64,000 nt of DNA, taken from Bacteroidota bacterium (lineage in GTDB: Bacteria > Bacteroidota > Bacteroidia > Bacteroidales > VadinHA17). This document shows positions 1 through 9,527 of the stretch, one piece after another. Below the pieces are notes generated by a model that saw only the letters and a list, made by a program, of their open reading frames with translations, made no database searches and was not told the origin of the DNA. Each line of letters begins with the position of its first letter. Position 1 is the stretch's first letter. The translations under genes and the position numbers were made by a program. The stretch covers positions 196 through 64,195 of the forward strand of contig QKGI01000048.1 of assembly GCA_003250475.1 (NCBI GenBank). The letters are read 5' to 3'.

Positions 1-1
1 G

Positions 2-1129
2 TCAGGTGACAGCCTTGCCCTTTCGCAACGTATTTGCGAAAAGGGGCTCAGGTATGACCTTACCGTTCCTTTTGCCAGATATGTTGTCCAGCACCGGGAT
101 GAGATCACCTTCCCCTTCAGAAGATACCAGATTCAACCGGTATGGAGGGCCGATAAGCCGCAGAAGGGACGCTACAGGGAATTCTTCCAGTGCGATGTAG
201 ATGTCATTGGCAGTAATTCCCTGCTCAACGAGTTTGAACTGATACGGATAATTGATCGTATCTTCAACGAGTTGAATATCAGCGTCGTTATTAAGATCAA
301 CAACCGTAAGATACTTGCCGGCATTACCGAGATGGCAGGAGCGGGCGACAGGATCACCGACATAACGGTGGCGATAGATAAGCTTGACAAGATAGGAAAG
401 GAAGGTGTCAGACAGGAGCTTCTGCAGCGCGGCATAGCTGCCGGGGTAATAGACAAGCTCGAGCCTGTGTTAGGACTCAGCGGCACGGCTGCCGTGAAGT
501 TTGAAACACTGAGGAACGTGCTCTCGTCCTCCGTTACCGGCCTGAAGGGGGTTGAAGAGATGGAGGAGCTGTTTGGCTATCTGACCATGGAGCCGTCGAA
601 GGCCATGGTTGAGCTTGACCTGTCGCTGGCACGCGGACTGAATTACTACACCGGGGCCATCATCGAGGTCAAGGCCGCCGATGTTGCGATAGGAAGTATC
701 TGTGGCGGAGGGAGATATGACGACCTGACAGGTATCTTCGGACTCCCCGGGGTGTCAGGTGTGGGAGTGTCATTCGGGGCTGACAGGATCTATGATGTAA
801 TGCTACAGCTCAGTCTCTTCCCGGAACAGACTGGCTCTGCCACCGGGGCCCTCGTGATAAACTTCGGGAAAGAGGAGCTGCCCGAGCTGATGAAGATAAC
901 CCGCTCGTTGCGTGAAGCCGGGATAGCCTCCGAACTATACCCCGAGGCAGCGAAGCTTAAGAAACAGTTCTCCTATGCCGATGCACAGAAGATCCCCCTG
1001 GTGATTATTGCCGGCAGCAATGAGCTGGCAGCCGGTGAGGCTACTGTGAAGAATATGAAAACGGGAGAACAGACAACCGTTTCATTATCTGATCTCCCGT
1101 CATTTGTGAAGAGGGAAAATAATCCCTGA
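2..1129 (+). CDS. hisS: histidine--tRNA ligase, 5'-truncated at window edge
   Basis: Frame 2 is open from the window edge. It reads [13 protein letters not shown]...[32 protein letters not shown] and runs into tracked ORF 272..1129, which has [22 protein letters not shown] and a C-terminal anticodon-binding-like region. Confidence 0.9.
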   Translation, partial: SGDSLALSQRICEKGLRYDLTVPFARYVVQHRDEITFPFRRYQIQPVWRADKPQKGRYREFFQCDVDVIGSNSLLNEFELIRIIDRIFNELNISVVIKINNRKILAGITEMAGAGDRITDITVAIDKLDKIGKEGVRQELLQRGIAAGVIDKLEPVLGLSGTAAVKFETLRNVLSSSVTGLKGVEEMEELFGYLTMEPSKAMVELDLSLARGLNYYTGAIIEVKAADVAIGSICGGGRYDDLTGIFGLPGVSGVGVSFGADRIYDVMLQLSLFPEQTGSATGALVINFGKEELPELMKITRSLREAGIASELYPEAAKLKKQFSYADAQKIPLVIIAGSNELAAGEATVKNMKTGEQTTVSLSDLPSFVKRENNP

Positions 1130-1159
1130 TTTACCTCTTTCTTCAGCGAGCAGTTACTG

Positions 1160-1690
1160 CTACATGTCGGGATTGACAACCTGGCCGCTTCGGCCCCTGA
1201 TGCCCGGTCCTGTACTCTGTCCCTGTCTCCTCTGGTTCAGTTCACGAAGCAACTGCTGCTTGTACTGGTTCTCAATGTGATATAGCCTGATCACCTTGGC
1301 CGGGGGCAAAACCTTCTTTACACTCTCATTGAAAGATACTATCAGCTCTGCCTCATCAGAGAAGGTACGCGCCAGCTTGTCAGCCGTGGAGGTGATCTCG
1401 GCCTCACTCATATTTGCTTCGTTTTGTGCCGAATAGCGCAACAGCGAGACACGCTCGAACTGAATTTTGTTCTTCCGGGCCGAGAAGTCGTTATATAACG
1501 GCCAGAATTTCTCAGCCTCTGCAGGGGTCAGATCAAGACGCTGCGTAAAAAATGCGATTTTGTACGCGGTCAGTTTCTCGTTATCATCCTGGCCCATGCC
1601 CTGGCCCATACCCTGACCCGGCCTCTGGCCGTTGAGGAGCTGACTGCCTGCCAGCATTACCACCATTACAAGAAAAAATAACTTCTTCAT
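1160..1690 (-). CDS. exported Spy/CpxP-like periplasmic protein, last gene of an ECF sigma operon
   Basis: Trimmed to the internal ATG giving MKKLFFLVMVVMLAGSQLL, a signal peptide. Gly/Gln-rich linker and helical repeats with LTPAEAEKFWPLY-type motifs. Follows the sigma and anti-sigma-like genes with 8-nt and 34-nt gaps. Confidence 0.5.
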   Translation of the reverse strand: MKKLFFLVMVVMLAGSQLLNGQRPGQGMGQGMGQDDNEKLTAYKIAFFTQRLDLTPAEAEKFWPLYNDFSARKNKIQFERVSLLRYSAQNEANMSEAEITSTADKLARTFSDEAELIVSFNESVKKVLPPAKVIRLYHIENQYKQQLLRELNQRRQGQSTGPGIRGRSGQVVNPDM

Positions 1691-1697
1691 ATCACTG

Positions 1698-2147
1698 TTA
1701 TAAAAGTTCGTAAATATCGTTAAGGTCAATATCCTCCATCATCAGGTAGTCGATGATTGCTTCGGATGAGATCTCCACATCCTGCGACTGGCTCATTTCC
1801 AACGGTTCGGACTGGCTCAGCTCGTACTCCAGCATATATGTGTCAAGCTCTTCCGTAGCAAGGTCCGCGAAGAGGCTGTAACCCGTATCATAACGTTCGG
1901 ATAGCCTGGAGGTAGAAACAAGCCTGATCATCACCGTGGCTATTATGGCTACACCAATAATGGCAGCTGCCAGGGCAAAAAACGGCCTGAGGGTGATACG
2001 CCTGGCCTGTTTACCCTCACTCCCCACCGGCTCTCCCTGTTCCTGGTTCTCCCTGATGGCAGACATCGTTCTTTCTGTCAGCCTGTCAAAGTAGCCGTCG
2101 GGTACTTTGTAGGGATTGCTGTTTTTTATTTTATCATTGAGTTTCAT
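1698..2147 (-). CDS. single-pass membrane protein, putative anti-sigma factor
   Basis: Sits directly downstream of the ECF sigma gene. Cytoplasmic N-terminus, one TM segment (FFALAAAIIGVAIIATVMI), acidic C-terminus. No recognisable catalytic motif. Confidence 0.45.
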   Translation of the reverse strand: MKLNDKIKNSNPYKVPDGYFDRLTERTMSAIRENQEQGEPVGSEGKQARRITLRPFFALAAAIIGVAIIATVMIRLVSTSRLSERYDTGYSLFADLATEELDTYMLEYELSQSEPLEMSQSQDVEISSEAIIDYLMMEDIDLNDIYELL

Positions 2148-2180
2148 GACATTGCTTTGATGTAAGGAAGAGGCAATGGT

Positions 2181-2723
2181 TTAATCATCCAGTAAATATT
2201 GTTCGATTTTTTTTACAGCATGGTGATAGGAAGCCTTCAGTGCTCCCACGGAGGTGCCTGTTACTCCGCTCATCTCCTCGTAGCTCATGTCATCAAAGTA
2301 CTTCATATTGAATACGACCCGTTGCTTCTCAGGAAGCTTAAGGATGGCATTATGTAACTTCACCGAGGCATTGTCCCCGTCGAAGTAAGTACTTCCTTCA
2401 ACAGACTGTGCCAGAAGGGTATCAATATCATCAAGGGATACATTGCTCTGCTTCTCTCTTTTCCTGATCAGTGAGAGGGCTTCATTGGTTGCTATTGACC
2501 AGAGCCATGTCAGCAATGAGCTTTCAAACCTGAAGGAGTCAATGTTTTTCCAGGCGTTTATAAAGGTATTCTGAAGTGCATCATCAGCATCTTCATGGAT
2601 AACCACCAGGCGCCGTATATGCCAGTATAACCTTGATCCGTATGTATCAACGATCAAACGGAAGGCCTTTTCGGCATCCGAACCCAGCAGCAGCCTGATA
2701 TCATTGTCAGTGATTTGCGACAT
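2181..2723 (-). CDS. RNA polymerase ECF-type sigma-70 factor
   Basis: Region 2 (RLYWHIRRLVVIHEDADDALQNTFINAW) and region 4 HTH (MSYEEMSGVTGTSVGALKASYHHAVKKI). Trimmed from tracked ORF 2181..3002 to the ATG at 2723, because the longer form overlaps ychF and its promoter. Confidence 0.85.
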   Translation of the reverse strand: MSQITDNDIRLLLGSDAEKAFRLIVDTYGSRLYWHIRRLVVIHEDADDALQNTFINAWKNIDSFRFESSLLTWLWSIATNEALSLIRKREKQSNVSLDDIDTLLAQSVEGSTYFDGDNASVKLHNAILKLPEKQRVVFNMKYFDDMSYEEMSGVTGTSVGALKASYHHAVKKIEQYLLDD

Positions 2724-2846
2724 CCCCCTCTCCGGTGGTATTTTCAATAAGACGCCTGAAGACCGGATTAGTTTAATCCTGTTCTCAAATTTAGTAAAAA
2801 GTGGATGCCATGGTGCTGCCTGTTGTTCCTGATAGCCTCTTTTTGG

Positions 2847-2854
2847 TAACTTTG
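2847..2854 (+). promoter_or_regulatory. Bacteroidota-type -7 promoter box (TAacTTTG) for ychF
   Basis: Matches TAnnTTTG, 20 nt upstream of the ychF ATG. Confidence 0.45.
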
Positions 2855-2874
2855 CATCAACTGAAACAGAAGAT

Positions 2875-3963
2875 ATGGCATTGAAATGTGGAATTATCGG
2901 GATTACCAGTGTAGGCAAAACCACCATCTTTAACTGTATATCCAACACCCGTGGTGAGATCAATACCTTTGGCACCGGTATCAAAGCCAACCTCGGCGTC
3001 ATCCAGGTGCCTGACCGCCGTCTTTACGAGCTGGAGAAGCATCAGCCGACGGAGCGCATAGTTCATACAACGGTTGACATCGTCGATATTCCGGGCCTGG
3101 TAAGGGGACAGGGAGACAGTTCCGGGGCCAGGCTCCTTGGCGAGATCCGGAATACCGATGCGCTGATACATGTTCTGAGATGTTTTGATGATGATAACCT
3201 CCCTCATATTGACGGTTCGGTCGACCCGGTACGTGATCTTGAAAATGTGGAGTTTGAGTTGCAGGTGAAGGATGTGGAGTCTGTGGTGAAGAAGATACAA
3301 CGACTGGAGAGGGCGGCTAAAACGGGTGATAAAGAGGCCAGGCACGGGATAGAGATACTGAATCTTTACAGGGAACATCTTGAAAACTTTCAGAACGCCT
3401 CAACCCTGGATCTCCGGCCGGAAGACAGGAAATATGTCGATGACATCTTCCTGCTTACCATGAAGCCGGTGCTGTATGTCTGTAACGTGGACGAGTCTTC
3501 GGCTATTGATGGTAACGGGTATGTCGATGCTGTAAAGAAATATCTCAGCAGCCGGACAACTGTTCCGCTTGTAATAGCCGGCGCCCTTGAGGCAGAGATA
3601 GCCAACCTGACAGAAGAGTCTGACAGGATGGAGTTTCTTGAGGCGTCCGGACTCGCTGAGCCCGGGGTAAACAAGCTGGTCAGGGCTGCCTATGAGATGC
3701 TCAGTCTTCTTACCTTTTTTACTGTCGGGCCCAAGGAGATCCGTGCATGGACCATCACAGCCGGGATGACGGCACCGCAGGCTGCCGGTGTTATTCACTC
3801 CGACCTTGAGAGAGGGTTCATAAGGGCAGAGGTGATGAAGTATGATGATTTTATAAGGCTCGGCTCAGAGCATGCATGCCGTGAGGCAGGGAAGCTCTCG
3901 GTGGAAGGGAAGAGCTATGTCGTTGATGATGGTGACATACTGCACATAAGATTTAACGTATAA
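2875..3963 (+). CDS. ychF: redox-regulated ATPase YchF (Obg-like GTPase family)
   Basis: G1 motif GIIGITSVGKTTIFN, DIPGLV G3 motif, and the C-terminal TGS-like FIRAEV...HIRFNV typical of YchF. Confidence 0.9.
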   Translation: MALKCGIIGITSVGKTTIFNCISNTRGEINTFGTGIKANLGVIQVPDRRLYELEKHQPTERIVHTTVDIVDIPGLVRGQGDSSGARLLGEIRNTDALIHVLRCFDDDNLPHIDGSVDPVRDLENVEFELQVKDVESVVKKIQRLERAAKTGDKEARHGIEILNLYREHLENFQNASTLDLRPEDRKYVDDIFLLTMKPVLYVCNVDESSAIDGNGYVDAVKKYLSSRTTVPLVIAGALEAEIANLTEESDRMEFLEASGLAEPGVNKLVRAAYEMLSLLTFFTVGPKEIRAWTITAGMTAPQAAGVIHSDLERGFIRAEVMKYDDFIRLGSEHACREAGKLSVEGKSYVVDDGDILHIRFNV

Positions 3964-3970
3964 AAAAGAG

Positions 3971-5680
3971 TTGAGAGCGCTTGTTGTCATAACTGCTCTG
4001 CTGCTACTGATAGCGGGTTCAAACGGATACGGGCAGTACCGGATGCCTGGCGATGACATCAGGGAGACCGTCAGCCGGTTCGGGCAGGCAGAGGTTGTCG
4101 TCAGCTATCCCGGCTTTGATGCCATGACAAAAATCGCCTCACGCTTCTCCGTCTCCTCATGCGACGCCAGGGAGGCAATACTCTGCCTCTCCGGTCGTGA
4201 TGTTGATGAGTTCATAGCCCTGGGCATACCATACAAACCTGTTATTCCTGAAGAACGCAAGGGATTTTACACAGCCTCCTCTTTGTCCGAAGCCATGCTC
4301 TGGCAGTCATATCCCACATGGCAGCATTATGACACCATCATGCATAAGATAGCCGAGCGTTGGCCCGGGGTATGCCGGCTTGACACCATTGGTTTCAGTG
4401 TCATGGGCAGGGCTGTGCTGGCGCTGAAGATAAGCGACAATGTTGCAGTCGATGAGCCTGAGCCTTCCGTTATGCTGAGCTCCACCATTCACGGGGATGA
4501 GCCTGCCGGTTTTGTGCTCCTGATGCGCCTTGCCGAATATCTTGCCTCCGGGAGCACCGGCGGAGGCCTGGCTGAGGAGCTTGTCTCCGGTCTTGAGATA
4601 TGGATAAATCCGCTGGCTAACCCGGACGGTATGTATCGTGACAACGATACCATGATATACCCGGTAAGGGCAAACAGTAACGGCTATGACCTGAACCGTA
4701 ACTTCCCTGACCCGGAGGTGAGTTCACCTCCGCTGCAGAAGGAGACAAGTGATATGATTGCTTTCCTGGAGGAGAAACGCTTTGCACTCTCCGTAAACCT
4801 GCACAGCGGAGTCGAGGTAGTAAACTACCCGTGGGATAAGTGGACCAGGCTTCATCCGGATGACGACTGGTTCGACGGCATCAGCAGAAGGTACGCCGAC
4901 ACTGTGCACCTGCATGCCGAGCCTGGCTATATGGTCTATCTCGATAACGGAGTAACAAGAGGGTGGGAGTGGTATATTGTCCGTGGCGGCAGGCAGGATT
5001 TTGTGACGTGGGGTCTGGGAGGCCGTGAGGTGACAATCGAGATTGATGACACAAAAATGACACCCGGGTCTAACCTTGAAATGATATGGAACTGGAACTA
5101 CCGTTCTCTCTTACGCTATATCGCCGAGGCTCTTAACGGTGTCAGGGGAACTGTCGCCGATGATGACACAGGCGATCCGCTCAGTGCAAAGGTATTTATA
5201 TCAGGCCATGATGCCGACTCATCACATGTTTACTCCGACACGGTTACGGGAACCTACTGCAGATTCCTTGCCCCGGGGGAGTGGACTATCACCTTTTCAA
5301 GCCCCGGGTACCTGCCCCTCTCTTTCCAGGCCTCCATAACCGCGTGGAACTCGGTCGTCCAGCAGGATGTCAGGTTGCAAAAGCCTGCGTATAATTACCC
5401 TGCACCGCCTGGGTCCGGATTACTTATCTGGCCGAATCCCTGTGACGGTAAATTCAGCGTTATGCTGCCGGCCAGGATTACAGGTGATGTAACTGTCACT
5501 CTTACAGGAGTCTCCGGTGCCATAATAAGCAGTTACAGCACTTCTGCGCAGGCCGGGATACCTTTAACATGTGACTTCAGCACACTTCCTCCCGGTATCT
5601 ATATCGTATCCGTGAGAGGAGAGCCGTTCGGTCCGCTGCTCAGAGGCAAGGTTATCATCACCCGTCCATTTCCGGAATAA
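3971..5680 (+). CDS. M14-family zinc carboxypeptidase with T9SS type A C-terminal sorting domain
   Basis: Signal peptide, HGDEPAG zinc motif, NPDG...NRNFP motifs. C-terminal ~80 aa (LLIWPNPCDGKFSV...GIYIVSV) resembles a Por secretion tail. TTG start. Confidence 0.8.
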   Translation: MRALVVITALLLLIAGSNGYGQYRMPGDDIRETVSRFGQAEVVVSYPGFDAMTKIASRFSVSSCDAREAILCLSGRDVDEFIALGIPYKPVIPEERKGFYTASSLSEAMLWQSYPTWQHYDTIMHKIAERWPGVCRLDTIGFSVMGRAVLALKISDNVAVDEPEPSVMLSSTIHGDEPAGFVLLMRLAEYLASGSTGGGLAEELVSGLEIWINPLANPDGMYRDNDTMIYPVRANSNGYDLNRNFPDPEVSSPPLQKETSDMIAFLEEKRFALSVNLHSGVEVVNYPWDKWTRLHPDDDWFDGISRRYADTVHLHAEPGYMVYLDNGVTRGWEWYIVRGGRQDFVTWGLGGREVTIEIDDTKMTPGSNLEMIWNWNYRSLLRYIAEALNGVRGTVADDDTGDPLSAKVFISGHDADSSHVYSDTVTGTYCRFLAPGEWTITFSSPGYLPLSFQASITAWNSVVQQDVRLQKPAYNYPAPPGSGLLIWPNPCDGKFSVMLPARITGDVTVTLTGVSGAIISSYSTSAQAGIPLTCDFSTLPPGIYIVSVRGEPFGPLLRGKVIITRPFPE

Positions 5681-5898
5681 ATTAATATTGATAACTTTTA
5701 TCAGCATCTTTGCACGTAAGGCTAAAACTGATAATTTTGGAACTGATTTTCTATACGACAATATTTACAATTGAAACCCTTGTGTTTGCATAGATATAAC
5801 CTGTCCCGCGGGCTCACCGGAGCCGGCCGGAACTCTGAAGATGGGTGTTCTGTCCTGGTGCGGGACAAGCTTTCAAGCCTTATAAGTCAAAAATTTTT

Positions 5899-7551
5899 AT
5901 GATGAAGAACTTAATCACTATCCTATATTTCCTGGCTTTTTCGTTCTCCGCAGGAGCACAGTCGGCATATATCCCCCCTGACAAACCAAAACTGGTTGTA
6001 GGTATAATTGTTGAACAGCTACGTTATGATCAGCTTGAGCGTGTCTGGGATATCCTCCCTGACGATGGGCTAAAGAGGATGGTCAGTGAGGGCACATATT
6101 TCCGTAATACATCTGTCGACTACCTCTCCACCCAGGCTGCCCCGGGTTTTGCCACCATATCCACCGGGGCTTCGCCATCAGCCCACGGGATCACCTCAGA
6201 CATCTGGTTCCACCCTTTCAATGACCAGATGATCTTTTGCGTCCAGGACCCTGAAGCCAGTCCCGTTGGCGGCAGCTTCGAGACCGGTCTCTTCTCTCCC
6301 GTTAACCTGCTCTCCTCAACCTTTGCGGATGAGCTGCAGATGTCAACATGTGGTGGAGCCAGGGTGTACGGAATAGGCATCAGGGAGATGGCAGCCATCA
6401 TCACTGCCGGGCATGCTGCTGATGGGGCCTTCTGGTATGATGACCGCACCGGCACATGGATGACCAGCACCTACTATACTGACAAACTGCCGGAGTGGCT
6501 CATGGACCTCAATGCTTTGCTCATGCCGGGTCAGTATCTTAACCGTGTATGGGAGCCTCTGCAGGACCCGTCGCATTACCCCGGGTGCCAGGTTGACTCA
6601 AGCGCATTTGAGAAGGGTTTTGATGGCCAGACATGGTTCCCCTATGATCTAAAACAGCTCTCGACAAAAGGTAAGATACTGAATGTAACCAGGGATTACT
6701 CCGTTTTACGTGAGACACCTTTTGCTGATGATTTTACAACGGACATGGCACTGAGGTTGATAGACAACGAGCAACTCGGTAAGGACGATGTTACAGATTA
6801 CCTGGCCGTTACATATTCAGCAACAGATTACATCGGACACCGCTTCGGACCCTCATCGGTTGAATCAACAGATGCAGTTCTCAGGCTTGACAGGAATATA
6901 GCCAGGCTGCTTGACAAGATTGACATGTCGCTTGGCAAGAAGAATGTACTAGTCTATTTTGTATCGGCACACGGGGTATCGGAGATACCGGCGGTGCTTG
7001 AGCAGAGCAGGGTGCCTTCGGGTTACTTCAAGCTGAACCAGTCACTGCAGCTGCTTCGCAGTTACCTCAATGCCGTCTATGGGCAGGGCGACTGGGTGAG
7101 GGGTTTCTTTGACAACCAGATCTTCCTTAACCGCGCGCTGATAGAGGATGCTGATATAAGCCTCGAGGAGATACAGAAAAAGGTGGCGCGTTTCATGGTA
7201 CAGTTCTCAGGTATTGCTGCAGCGGTGCCTACCTCAGCCTTTGAGATGAGTGACTTTGCCGGCGGGCTGTTGCGCAAGATGAATAACAATTTCAGCCAGC
7301 AACGGTCAGGTGACGTGATGATAGCCCTCAACCCGGGATGGGTTGAGAAAACTGACAATGTCACAGGCCATAACTCACCTTATGAGTATGACAGTCATGT
7401 GCCATTGATATGGTTTGGCTGGACGGCCAGCAGGTCTTCAATAACCAGGAGCGTCACCACACGCGACATAGCTGTGACTCTCTCCGTGTTATGCAGGATC
7501 CCTTTGCCCAACGCCTCCAGTGGCGATCCGCTTCATGAATTGTTCAGATAG
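5899..7551 (+). CDS. alkaline phosphatase / nucleotide pyrophosphatase-phosphodiesterase family protein
   Basis: Signal peptide from the internal ATG (MMKNLITILYFLAFSFSAGAQ). AlkP-core motifs GFATISTGASPSAHGI, SATDYIGHRFGP, VSAHGV. Confidence 0.75.
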   Translation: MMKNLITILYFLAFSFSAGAQSAYIPPDKPKLVVGIIVEQLRYDQLERVWDILPDDGLKRMVSEGTYFRNTSVDYLSTQAAPGFATISTGASPSAHGITSDIWFHPFNDQMIFCVQDPEASPVGGSFETGLFSPVNLLSSTFADELQMSTCGGARVYGIGIREMAAIITAGHAADGAFWYDDRTGTWMTSTYYTDKLPEWLMDLNALLMPGQYLNRVWEPLQDPSHYPGCQVDSSAFEKGFDGQTWFPYDLKQLSTKGKILNVTRDYSVLRETPFADDFTTDMALRLIDNEQLGKDDVTDYLAVTYSATDYIGHRFGPSSVESTDAVLRLDRNIARLLDKIDMSLGKKNVLVYFVSAHGVSEIPAVLEQSRVPSGYFKLNQSLQLLRSYLNAVYGQGDWVRGFFDNQIFLNRALIEDADISLEEIQKKVARFMVQFSGIAAAVPTSAFEMSDFAGGLLRKMNNNFSQQRSGDVMIALNPGWVEKTDNVTGHNSPYEYDSHVPLIWFGWTASRSSITRSVTTRDIAVTLSVLCRIPLPNASSGDPLHELFR

Positions 7552-7576
7552 TCAGGCTCGTACAGCCTTATCCGGA

Positions 7577-8317
7577 TCATATACTCATCACATGCCTGTT
7601 GTGGTTGTCCCTTACCTGGCAGGCTTCAGCTATCAGCATGGGGTTTTCTTCGCAGCCATTGCCGATGACAATCATATCAGCCCCGGCGGTAAATGCCTCA
7701 TCTGCTTTTACTGATGAGTCTATGCCTCCGCCGGTGATCAGAGGAATGGTTATCTCCATCCTGACTGCGCTTATCATCGCCATCTCCACGGGTCTTGCGG
7801 CGCCGCTTCCACCTTCCAGGTAAATGGCTTTCATGCCGAGCATCTCTCCTGCAAGAGCTGTTGCAACGGCTATATCATGCTTGCCGTAAGGTACAGGGGA
7901 GGTCTGGCTCATGTACTGCACGGAGGTTCCTCCCCCGCAGTCGGTAAGTATGTAGCCGACCGGTATCACCCTGTCACGCATATGTTTCAGGTAAGGCGCT
8001 GCAACCACATGATTGCCGATGAGCAGTTCAGGGTTACGTCCGCTGATGAGTGACAGAAGGAATACGGCATCGGCTTCAGTGGTCAGTTGTGTGAGGTTAC
8101 CCGGGAAGAGCACCACCGGTATATCCGAGAGCTTCTTCAGCCTCTGTATCAGTCCTCCGACCGGGACACCGGTCAGGCTGCCTCCGGCAAGAAAAAGATC
8201 AACCCTGGCCTCGGCAGCATAACTAACCGCGGCAACCAGCACCTCATCACCCGCCTTGTCCGGATCGATGAGCTGCGCCACCATCTTTCTCTTTCTGCAT
8301 GGTATCTCAACCTTCAT
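7577..8317 (-). CDS. geranylgeranylglyceryl / heptaprenylglyceryl phosphate synthase family protein (PcrB/GGGPS fold)
   Basis: LIDPDK N-terminal motif, LFLAGGS, GGGTSV, IYLEGGSGA, ITGGGI and VIGN motifs of the GGGPS TIM-barrel family. Start uncertain: ATG at 8317 overlaps the upstream gene by 11 nt, alternative ATG at 8284. Confidence 0.75.
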   Translation of the reverse strand: MKVEIPCRKRKMVAQLIDPDKAGDEVLVAAVSYAAEARVDLFLAGGSLTGVPVGGLIQRLKKLSDIPVVLFPGNLTQLTTEADAVFLLSLISGRNPELLIGNHVVAAPYLKHMRDRVIPVGYILTDCGGGTSVQYMSQTSPVPYGKHDIAVATALAGEMLGMKAIYLEGGSGAARPVEMAMISAVRMEITIPLITGGGIDSSVKADEAFTAGADMIVIGNGCEENPMLIAEACQVRDNHNRHVMSI

Positions 8318-8951
8318 GCTTCTTCTTTGTCCATACAATGGTGTAGTTGTCATACTTCGAATAGAAGAGGGTGAACTGGTCATCAATCCTCTCATTCTTT
8401 ACGCTCCCTCTTATCTCTCCGGATTCCCTGACGACGAAGGGTTCAATGGTAATATCGGTGACAATGTTTATGCCCTCCTTGTCACAAATCTTGTAGATAG
8501 CTTCCTTGGCACACCAGTGGATATAAAGGTGGTAGGTGCGGTCAGACCACCTGCGTGTGATCTTCTCCTTCTTATTAAGGAATTTAGAGGCAAAGGCATT
8601 GATGTTCATGCGCATGTACTCCAGGTCAATGCCTACGCGCTCATCCTTGCTTATAAGGATTGCTGTCAGTTTGTTCGAGTGGGTTATGCTGATGAAATGG
8701 GAGCCGTCTTTTATAAATGGCTTGTTGTTCTTATTGTATACTATCCTGGCATCTTTGCCAAGCATCTCAGACAGCAGGGCCCTGACACTCAGAAACTCAA
8801 GCTTCCTGGAGGTGCTGCGGAATATCTCGTATCTGCTTAGGTCTTCAGGACCAAGAGCGACCATTTCCAGGAGAGCCGGGATATCTTCCTCGATCTTCCA
8901 GACGCCTATGATCGTCTCCTTGTTCAGATAGTGTTTTGTGATACAGCCCAT
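8307..8951 (-). CDS. 4'-phosphopantetheinyl transferase superfamily protein
   Basis: Sfp/AcpS-like layout: LSVRALL...KPF...SITHS...VGIDLE...WCAKEAIYK. Confidence 0.7.
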   Translation of the reverse strand: MGCITKHYLNKETIIGVWKIEEDIPALLEMVALGPEDLSRYEIFRSTSRKLEFLSVRALLSEMLGKDARIVYNKNNKPFIKDGSHFISITHSNKLTAILISKDERVGIDLEYMRMNINAFASKFLNKKEKITRRWSDRTYHLYIHWCAKEAIYKICDKEGINIVTDITIEPFVVRESGEIRGSVKNERIDDQFTLFYSKYDNYTIVWTKKKHEG

Positions 8952-8954
8952 GAC

Positions 8955-9527
8955 CTATTCCCATTCCAGTGTCTCGATGAGATGAATGATATCCTCCCTG
9001 AGAAATTTGATTACGGGCATAAGGGAATCTTCATTCGGTTGTGCCATGAAGTATAGTGAGCCCCTGAGATAATGCTTCGTGCTGTCTGTTACATAGAACT
9101 GTACAGCAGACGCAGTGTTGCCCTTGAGGTCATAAAGGATTCCGTAGACATGTGCCGTTTCATCCGTCCAGAGCTTCTCGTCGATGGCATCAGCCCTGAT
9201 GGTATGTTTGTATGCCAGCTCCCGCGACAGCTCGGTGAGAGATGCCAGGTTATCCCGGATATTAAAGTATGTCAGATGTATCTTGGCCCTCATCGTTGGG
9301 ATCTCGATATCCATCCAGCAGGTGTCGCTGGCTGACCCGGGCTTCAGGTTGATCCTGGCATATTCCGGATATTCTATTGAATAGGAACAGGGGGTCTCAT
9401 AGCGCACATAACTCTTTTCAGGCAGGTCGATCCTGAAATAGCCTGCAGGCCGGGGAACAGAAGGTTGTCTGCAGCCGGCAGATAATAGTGCCGCTGCAAG
9501 CAGCGCTGCAGCAATTAAGGTTCTCAT
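8955..9527 (-). CDS. gldD: gliding motility lipoprotein GldD-like
   Basis: Lipobox LLSAGC, ~190 aa. Lies immediately downstream of gldE with a 4-nt overlap, as in Flavobacterium gldE-gldD. The GYFRIDLPEK motif is typical of GldD. Confidence 0.65.
   Translation of the reverse strand: MRTLIAAALLAAALLSAGCRQPSVPRPAGYFRIDLPEKSYVRYETPCSYSIEYPEYARINLKPGSASDTCWMDIEIPTMRAKIHLTYFNIRDNLASLTELSRELAYKHTIRADAIDEKLWTDETAHVYGILYDLKGNTASAVQFYVTDSTKHYLRGSLYFMAQPNEDSLMPVIKFLREDIIHLIETLEWE

Noticed and set aside
6-200. Tracked 64-aa ORF at the window start.
   Set aside because: It is out of frame within hisS. The frame starting at position 2 gives clear HisRS motif 2 sequence and is continuous with ORF 272..1129.
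2724-3002. N-terminal 93-aa extension of the ECF sigma ORF (tracked as 2181..3002).
   Set aside because: The extension overlaps the ychF start and its promoter and has no sigma-like sequence. The internal ATG at 2723 gives a normal 180-aa ECF sigma.
5838-5856. GAAGATGGGTGTTCTGTCC resembles the GGCGATGGTGTTCGCC start of fluoride (crcB) riboswitches.
   Set aside because: Only a short partial match recalled from memory. The downstream gene is a phosphatase-family enzyme rather than a fluoride exporter, and the remaining conserved riboswitch segments are not evident.
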